A program made the translations under genes and the position numbers. A stretch of 11,958 bases of DNA from Hadesarchaea archaeon. Lineage in GTDB: Archaea; Hadarchaeota; Hadarchaeia; Hadarchaeales; WYZ-LMO6. Under the pieces are notes generated by a model. That model was given only the letters and a program-made list of their open reading frames with translations, had not been told where the DNA came from and searched no databases. The DNA lies in the NCBI GenBank assembly GCA_029259185.1, contig JAPDJF010000007.1, positions 1 to 11,958 of the forward strand. Direction: 5' to 3'. How positions within the stretch are numbered: the stretch's first letter is position 1; every line of letters begins with the position of its first letter. Positions 7,504 through 11,958 of this stretch are shown here, piece after piece.

Positions 7504-9392
7504 TCTTTCCATTCACAGCGATTGTGGGTCAAGAAAGGGCGAAGCTTGCTCTTCTTTGCTCGGCGGTAAATCCGTCGATAGGAGGGGTTCTCCTGAGCGG
7601 GGACAAGGGAACGGGAAAATCGACGCTCGTAAGGGCGCTAGCGGACCTGTTGCCCGAGATCGAGGTCGTTGCTGATTGTCCGTTCAGTTGTGGTCCCAGT
7701 CCGCTCGAGATGTGTGACTCCTGCTATATGAGGTTTCGGAGTGGAGAAGGGATGAACTTGGTCAAGAGAAAGATGAGGGTGGTTGATTTGCCTCTGAGCA
7801 TAACCGTCGATAGGCTTGTGGGAACCTTAGACATCAAGAGGGCGATGAAAGAGGGTGTGAGGGCCCTACACCCTGGATTGCTTGCTGAGGCCAACAGGAA
7901 CATTCTCTACATAGATGAGGTCAACTTGTTGGAAGACTACGTTGCGGATGTGTTACTGGATTCGGCGGCTATGGGATGGAACATCGTGGAGAGGGAAGGA
8001 ATCTCCGTCAGACATCCAGCTAGGTTCATCTTAGTTGGGAGCATGAATCCAGAAGAAGGGGAACTCAGACCACAGATCCTGGATAGGTTCGGTCTTTATG
8101 TGAGAATAGAGGCACCGGATGAGGTTGATCAGAGAATCGAGGTTGTGAGGAGGGTCGAGGAGTTTCAAGCGGATCCCATCTCTTTCCACGAGAGATATGG
8201 TGGGGAGCAAGAGAAGCTGAGGGAGAGGATAATCAGAGCCCGGAGCATCCTCCCCGGGGTGGAAATTGGAGCCGATTTACTGAAGTTGCTGGCCGAAACG
8301 GTTGCGGGAATGGGAATTAAGACCCACCGGGCCGAGATAATGACGGTTCGGGCTGCTAAGGCCATAGCTGCGCTGGAAGGGAGGAGGAAGGTAAACTTGG
8401 AGGATATGAAGAAAGCTATGGAGTTGGCTCTTCCCCACCGAGTGAAAGAAAAGCCGTTTGAGCAACCTCCTCCTCAGCCACTTTCGATTCCACCCAAAGC
8501 TGGAGGTGGGGGAGGAGATCATGGGAAGAAAAACGAGGGCAACGAGGGAGAGAACAAAAGAGGAGAAACATCGTCGTTAACGGGTAATGCTGAACGAACC
8601 TATGAGCCAAGTCATGCCGATCTCTTCCCTCTACCCAAGCGGAGGAATCCAGAGGCGGTCGAAAGGAGGAGTCAGGGGAGGGTTTCCAAGGAGGAGAAGA
8701 GAACGATGGTGGGGTTCCCCCAAGGGGTACCTATCTCATACCTTCCGCTACAAGAAAGCGAGCAATTCCGTGATGTGGATCTCACCGCAACCATCGTGGC
8801 AGCTGTTTCAAGACCCCGAGACAGGTTCGGGGTGGAGGAGGATGATGTAAGGGTGAGGATCAGGAAAACGAGGGCTCCTAAGTTAACAGTTTTGCTTTTG
8901 GATTCGAGCGGGAGTATGAGTATAATGAAGCGGATAAGCATAGCTAAAGGTATTGCGCTCAAGCAGATTGAAAATTCTTATGTCGGGAGAAACTACATGG
9001 CCTTGATAGCCTTCAGGGGGCGAGAGGCTCAAGTACTCGTCCCTCCCACCCGGAGGTATGAGGAGGTGCTGCGGAAGCTGAGAGAACTCCCAACTGGGGG
9101 AAAAACCCCTCTCTCGTCCGCTCTCCAAGAGTTATTATTTTTGTCCAAGAACTTCAGGAGGAAGAACAAGGGGTCTGTGGTTGAGGGAATACTCATAACG
9201 GATGGAAAAGCCAACGTTCCCCTGCGAGGACCCTCCGTGAGAGGGGAAGTCTTGGCCCTCGCTAGGAGTACCAAGAAATCCGGTATAAGGATGGAAATTT
9301 ACGACACGAGACCTCATGCGCACATAGATCCCGCACCCTCTCTCATAGAACCGTTGCAAAGCGTTTTGGGTGCACCCGTGCATGTGTACTGA
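7479..9392 (+). CDS. chlD: Chelatase AAA+ subunit, ChlI-like ATPase domain + linker + vWA domain (ChlD/BchD architecture)
   Basis: FPFTAIVGQ, Walker [26 protein letters not shown], Walker [26 protein letters not shown], a Pro/Gly/charged linker, then MIDAS DSSGSM, TGGKTPL and ITDGKAN. SD GAGGTGA at 7465-7471. Overlaps the upstream gene by 25 nt. Confidence 0.92.
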   Translation: MGGAERKIIFPFTAIVGQERAKLALLCSAVNPSIGGVLLSGDKGTGKSTLVRALADLLPEIEVVADCPFSCGPSPLEMCDSCYMRFRSGEGMNLVKRKMRVVDLPLSITVDRLVGTLDIKRAMKEGVRALHPGLLAEANRNILYIDEVNLLEDYVADVLLDSAAMGWNIVEREGISVRHPARFILVGSMNPEEGELRPQILDRFGLYVRIEAPDEVDQRIEVVRRVEEFQADPISFHERYGGEQEKLRERIIRARSILPGVEIGADLLKLLAETVAGMGIKTHRAEIMTVRAAKAIAALEGRRKVNLEDMKKAMELALPHRVKEKPFEQPPPQPLSIPPKAGGGGGDHGKKNEGNEGENKRGETSSLTGNAERTYEPSHADLFPLPKRRNPEAVERRSQGRVSKEEKRTMVGFPQGVPISYLPLQESEQFRDVDLTATIVAAVSRPRDRFGVEEDDVRVRIRKTRAPKLTVLLLDSSGSMSIMKRISIAKGIALKQIENSYVGRNYMALIAFRGREAQVLVPPTRRYEEVLRKLRELPTGGKTPLSSALQELLFLSKNFRRKNKGSVVEGILITDGKANVPLRGPSVRGEVLALARSTKKSGIRMEIYDTRPHAHIDPAPSLIEPLQSVLGAPVHVY

Positions 9393-9410
9393 GGGATCTT
9401 CACGGAACTC

Positions 9411-10337
9411 GTGGCTCACTACCTCCGCTCTACTTTGCTTGTCGTTGTTTCGACGTTTTTCGGGGTTCTTCTCGCAAACTTCATCATAGAGGTCGGACTC
9501 GCGGGCAGGGTTGGTGCCCCCTTAAACCCCTTGATGGGTGTGGCTGGGCTCCCGAGAGAACTTTCGATCGCAGCCCTTATAGGCACCATGGATGGAAGGG
9601 CGGGTCACTCGATCGTTTCCTCTTTACGGAGGAAGAACGAGATAGGTGATGAGGCGGTCATAGCGTATAACCTCACCACGATGCCGCTCGCGTTTATCTC
9701 CATACTGCTCAAATTTTACATGCCAGTTGTGCTAGCGGCATTAGGGTTGGTGGCCGGCGGTGCATTCCTCATTCTGACTTTCATCTCAAGTTTGATCGGG
9801 ATGTTCATAGGCATCCTCTATGGAAGACGGAAACTCAGCGATGGAAAACGGCTACGGTTGAAGCAGAGGACTGGGAAGAAATCTAGGGGGGAGGCTTTCA
9901 GAAGTTCTTTTTCAAGAGCGGTTGGGATGACGAAATACGTGTTCAAACGTTACATCGTAGTCATCCTTTTGCTTTTGGTTCTCACCCGCACCGGCTTCTT
10001 CGATTGGATAGCCAAAGCGATCCAGGGGCTAACCGTGACGGGGTTGTCTCCCCACTCATTGGTGGCGCTCTCAACTTGTGCTGTGAGCCCTATCGCTGGC
10101 ATATTCATGGTCGGGGACATGCTGAGAGGTGGACTGGTGGGGATACGGGAGACCCTTCTGGTTCTCATCATCGGCAGGTTGCTTTTCACACTAGCGTTCG
10201 AGTATCCACGTCATTCATTCCCGTTCTACGTTTCCATGTATCCGGCCAAACTCGCAGCGAAACTGACGTTGACACTCATGCTCACAACGGTGCTGAGTAC
10301 TCCAGTCTTGATATTCATAACGTTAGCTGCATTCTGA
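9411..10337 (+). CDS. Gate/nucleoside-recognition-domain-type polytopic membrane protein
   Basis: 308 aa with two hydrophobic halves separated by a basic loop (RRKLSDGKRLRLKQRTGKKSR). GTG start 18 nt after the chlD stop. Paralog of <1..556. The family label is from recall. Confidence 0.8.
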   Translation: MAHYLRSTLLVVVSTFFGVLLANFIIEVGLAGRVGAPLNPLMGVAGLPRELSIAALIGTMDGRAGHSIVSSLRRKNEIGDEAVIAYNLTTMPLAFISILLKFYMPVVLAALGLVAGGAFLILTFISSLIGMFIGILYGRRKLSDGKRLRLKQRTGKKSRGEAFRSSFSRAVGMTKYVFKRYIVVILLLLVLTRTGFFDWIAKAIQGLTVTGLSPHSLVALSTCAVSPIAGIFMVGDMLRGGLVGIRETLLVLIIGRLLFTLAFEYPRHSFPFYVSMYPAKLAAKLTLTLMLTTVLSTPVLIFITLAAF

Positions 10338-10378
10338 AATACCCGATCACCTGGTACCCAATATCTAATTAACTAGTC

Positions 10379-11038
10379 ATGAGAATCTCAGACGATTGGA
10401 TGGACAGAAAAAGAAAGGATGTTTATGCGATATCAATGAAGTTAGAGTCGGAAGCGAGAGGACTTGAGGCAGAGGGGAATGTGGGCAAGGCTTTGAGGAT
10501 GTGGAGGGATTACACGAAACTCAAACTGGAGAAGGGAAGCTACTTCCTCGCCTCTTACGGTCGGTATGCAGAGGGAAGGGTGCTAGAGAGGATGGGCAAA
10601 CAATCAAAGGCCGCGAGGAAATACGCCGCTGCGGCCGACCTTGCGGAGTCTAAGTGCCAAAACCTTGATCTTGCAGCGTTCTTTCTCCTCGAGTCAGCGC
10701 GATGTTTGGAGAGTGTTTCCAGACTGAGCGACGCCCGTCGGGTCTACGAACGCATGGCTCGAATGTGGATGGAGGTGGGAAATCATTTCAGGGCCGCCGA
10801 TGCATACGAGCGTGCTGTCAGAGTTATCGAGCGGAGCGGTGGGTCTCTAAAAGGATATCATAGGGGTGGGGAGGAGTGGATGAAGTGCTATGAAAAGCAC
10901 TTAGAAAAGGGGGGCATCGAAGACGCGCTCTGGAGCTTGAGAAGGGCTTGGCTCTACTTCGAGCGGGTCGGGGCAAAAGGGCTCGTGAGGAAGGTTAAAA
11001 CCATCCTAGAGCGATCTAATCGGAGTGTTAAGTCATGA
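10379..11038 (+). CDS. Hypothetical alpha-helical repeat protein (TPR/SNAP-like)
   Basis: 219 aa, rich in Ala/Arg/Glu/Tyr, with repeated helix-pair patterns (GKQSKAARKYAAAA, RLSDARRVYERMA, GNHFRAADAYERA, GIEDALWSLRRA). The start may instead be ATG 10400. Confidence 0.7.
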   Translation: MRISDDWMDRKRKDVYAISMKLESEARGLEAEGNVGKALRMWRDYTKLKLEKGSYFLASYGRYAEGRVLERMGKQSKAARKYAAAADLAESKCQNLDLAAFFLLESARCLESVSRLSDARRVYERMARMWMEVGNHFRAADAYERAVRVIERSGGSLKGYHRGGEEWMKCYEKHLEKGGIEDALWSLRRAWLYFERVGAKGLVRKVKTILERSNRSVKS

Positions 11039-11076
11039 GCTGATCCTAGGTTTCACCGTCTACCTTAGAACCTATT

Positions 11077-11262
11077 TCACTTCTCTATCTTTACGAATGC
11101 TTTGTGATTTACGAAATCTATCTTTTCGATCTTCGCACGTATGGTTCGCTCAACTCCGGTAATGTCCTTTACGTGTATCGAGTTCTTCCTCGGGATCAAA
11201 AGTGCTATTTCTTCCATCAGGATTTTTTCCGGATTCACCGAGTACAATGTGAACTCGCACAC
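11077..11262 (-). CDS. cooT: CooT-family nickel-binding protein
   Basis: 61 aa with N-terminal M-C-E (Cys2), ILMEEI, KDITG-ERTI and a C-terminal IEKIDFVNHK carrying His. Size and pattern match CooT, the CO dehydrogenase Ni accessory protein. Confidence 0.85.
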   Translation of the reverse strand: MCEFTLYSVNPEKILMEEIALLIPRKNSIHVKDITGVERTIRAKIEKIDFVNHKAFVKIEK

Positions 11263-11320
11263 ACTTCTCTTTTTTAATCAGGCCTTCCCTAGTTTTAATG
11301 TTTGTGGGTAAGCGACGAAC

Positions 11321-11770
11321 TCAGTGTTTTTCAGTTTTTCTCCACTTCCAGAGAAGGTATCCGACTGGTAAGGATATCAAGAACAGCCAAACCTCCGGTC
11401 TCAATTCAGCTGTAAATGAAAACTCTCCAGTTTCTCCGAGCCAGAAGTCGAGCCAGTGGGCACCCATGATCAGGAGAAATATCATCCCGAAAATAGCGGA
11501 GAGTATGAATCCCACGAAGATGAATGAGAGTCCCTCTTTTTCTCCACTCCACATCGGTTTTACCCCAGCCAAGTATACGGCTCCGATCACGACCAGTGCG
11601 GATCCACCCAACGCATCTGCGGGGAGCGATGATTTCAAGCCGAGCACATCAATGTTTCCGAAGAGCAGGTGTCCTAGTCCTAGGACGAGACTCATCATCC
11701 CGACCCCGGCGTAGAGGAGTCCGAGCAGAAATGCGTAAACACCGATTACCTTTAGACCAGTCTCTTTCAT
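11321..11770 (-). CDS. Hypothetical membrane protein (about 4 TM helices) coupled to feoB
   Basis: 149 aa with four hydrophobic segments. SD GAGGTGA (11781-11775) includes the feoB stop codon and ends 4 nt before the ATG. Confidence 0.8.
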   Translation of the reverse strand: MKETGLKVIGVYAFLLGLLYAGVGMMSLVLGLGHLLFGNIDVLGLKSSLPADALGGSALVVIGAVYLAGVKPMWSGEKEGLSFIFVGFILSAIFGMIFLLIMGAHWLDFWLGETGEFSFTAELRPEVWLFLISLPVGYLLWKWRKTEKH

Positions 11771-11774
11771 CCCA

Positions 11775-11958
11775 TCACCTCATAAGCGATCCTACTCCTA
11801 CGATCGCCGCTGCCACTGCGTATGCGAGGATTAGTTCGTACACTATGAGAAATGCTACCCACTTCCACGATCCCGTTTCCTGCTTGACTACGCCCACGGT
11901 CGCTAGGCACGGGAGATACACGAGTACAAACGCCATGTATGCGAGCCCGGTTACGGGA
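11775..11958 (-). CDS. feoB: Ferrous iron transporter FeoB, C-terminal 60 aa (5' part outside the window)
   Basis: Not in the ORF track. Manual translation PVTGLAYMAFVLVYLPCLATVGVVKQETGSWKWVAFLIVYELILAYAVAAAIVGVGSLMR* contains the FeoB C-terminal FxLxYxPCxAT...ExGSxKW pattern. TGA at 11777-11775. Confidence 0.9.
   Translation of the reverse strand, partial: PVTGLAYMAFVLVYLPCLATVGVVKQETGSWKWVAFLIVYELILAYAVAAAIVGVGSLMR

Noticed and set aside
8466-8517. CCTCCTCCTC / GGAGGTGGGGGAGGAG complementary low-complexity tract as a repeat or structured RNA
   Set aside because: Explained by poly-Pro and poly-Gly codons of the chlD linker. It is kept only as context for the frameshift hypothesis.
3585-9392. 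Reading the chelatase genes as magnesium chelatase/photosynthesis or as proof of B12 biosynthesis
   Set aside because: No bch/chl or cob/cbi pathway genes are in the window, and family membership does not fix the metal or the reaction direction.
9390-9413. chlD TGA is in frame with the downstream membrane gene (possible readthrough or selenocysteine fusion)
   Set aside because: A shared frame has a one-in-three chance, the vWA domain is complete at the stop, and the paralog at 556 starts at the equivalent position as a standalone gene.
659-10372. Many 60-170 aa ORFs nested in or antisense to the main genes (e.g. 1378..1815, 5106..5624, 5917..6321, 10004..10372)
   Set aside because: They overlap well-supported genes almost entirely, show no recognisable motifs, and are expected by chance at this base composition.
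11047-11074. TAGGTT...AACCTA inverted repeat between convergent genes as a terminator
   Set aside because: Only a 6-bp stem with a 16-nt loop and no T-tract, too weak to call.
11298-11714. 138-aa + strand ORF
   Set aside because: Antisense shadow of the hydrophobic 11321..11770 gene, which has a strong SD and is coupled to feoB.

Overview
Gene-dense window that looks archaeal: GAGGTGA-type Shine-Dalgarno (SD) sites, BRE/TATA-like promoters and short or absent leaders. It holds a metal/tetrapyrrole-handling cluster of two divergent operons sharing a 46-bp AT-rich spacer (3539-3584). The left arm (- strand) encodes a BtuF/FecB-type binding protein, a FecCD/BtuC permease, a FepC/BtuD ATPase and a Gate (nucleoside-recognition)-type membrane protein running off the left edge. 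The right arm (+ strand) encodes a CobN/ChlH-family chelatase large subunit split into two genes (about 811 + 501 aa, unusually Cys-rich), a ChlI/ChlD-type AAA+/vWA subunit, a second paralogous Gate-type protein and a helical-repeat protein. Converging from the right are the 3' end of feoB, a small membrane protein and a CooT-family nickel-binding protein. The spacer carries a perfect AAGTATTA-N16-TAATACTT dyad with NikR-operator geometry, lying over both candidate TATA boxes. No cobalamin or chlorophyll biosynthesis enzymes are present. The main hypothesis (inference) is a nickel-repressed system that imports a metal chelate or metallo-tetrapyrrole and processes or de-metallates it with a thiol-rich split chelatase. 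No RNA genes, CRISPR arrays or mobile elements were recognised.
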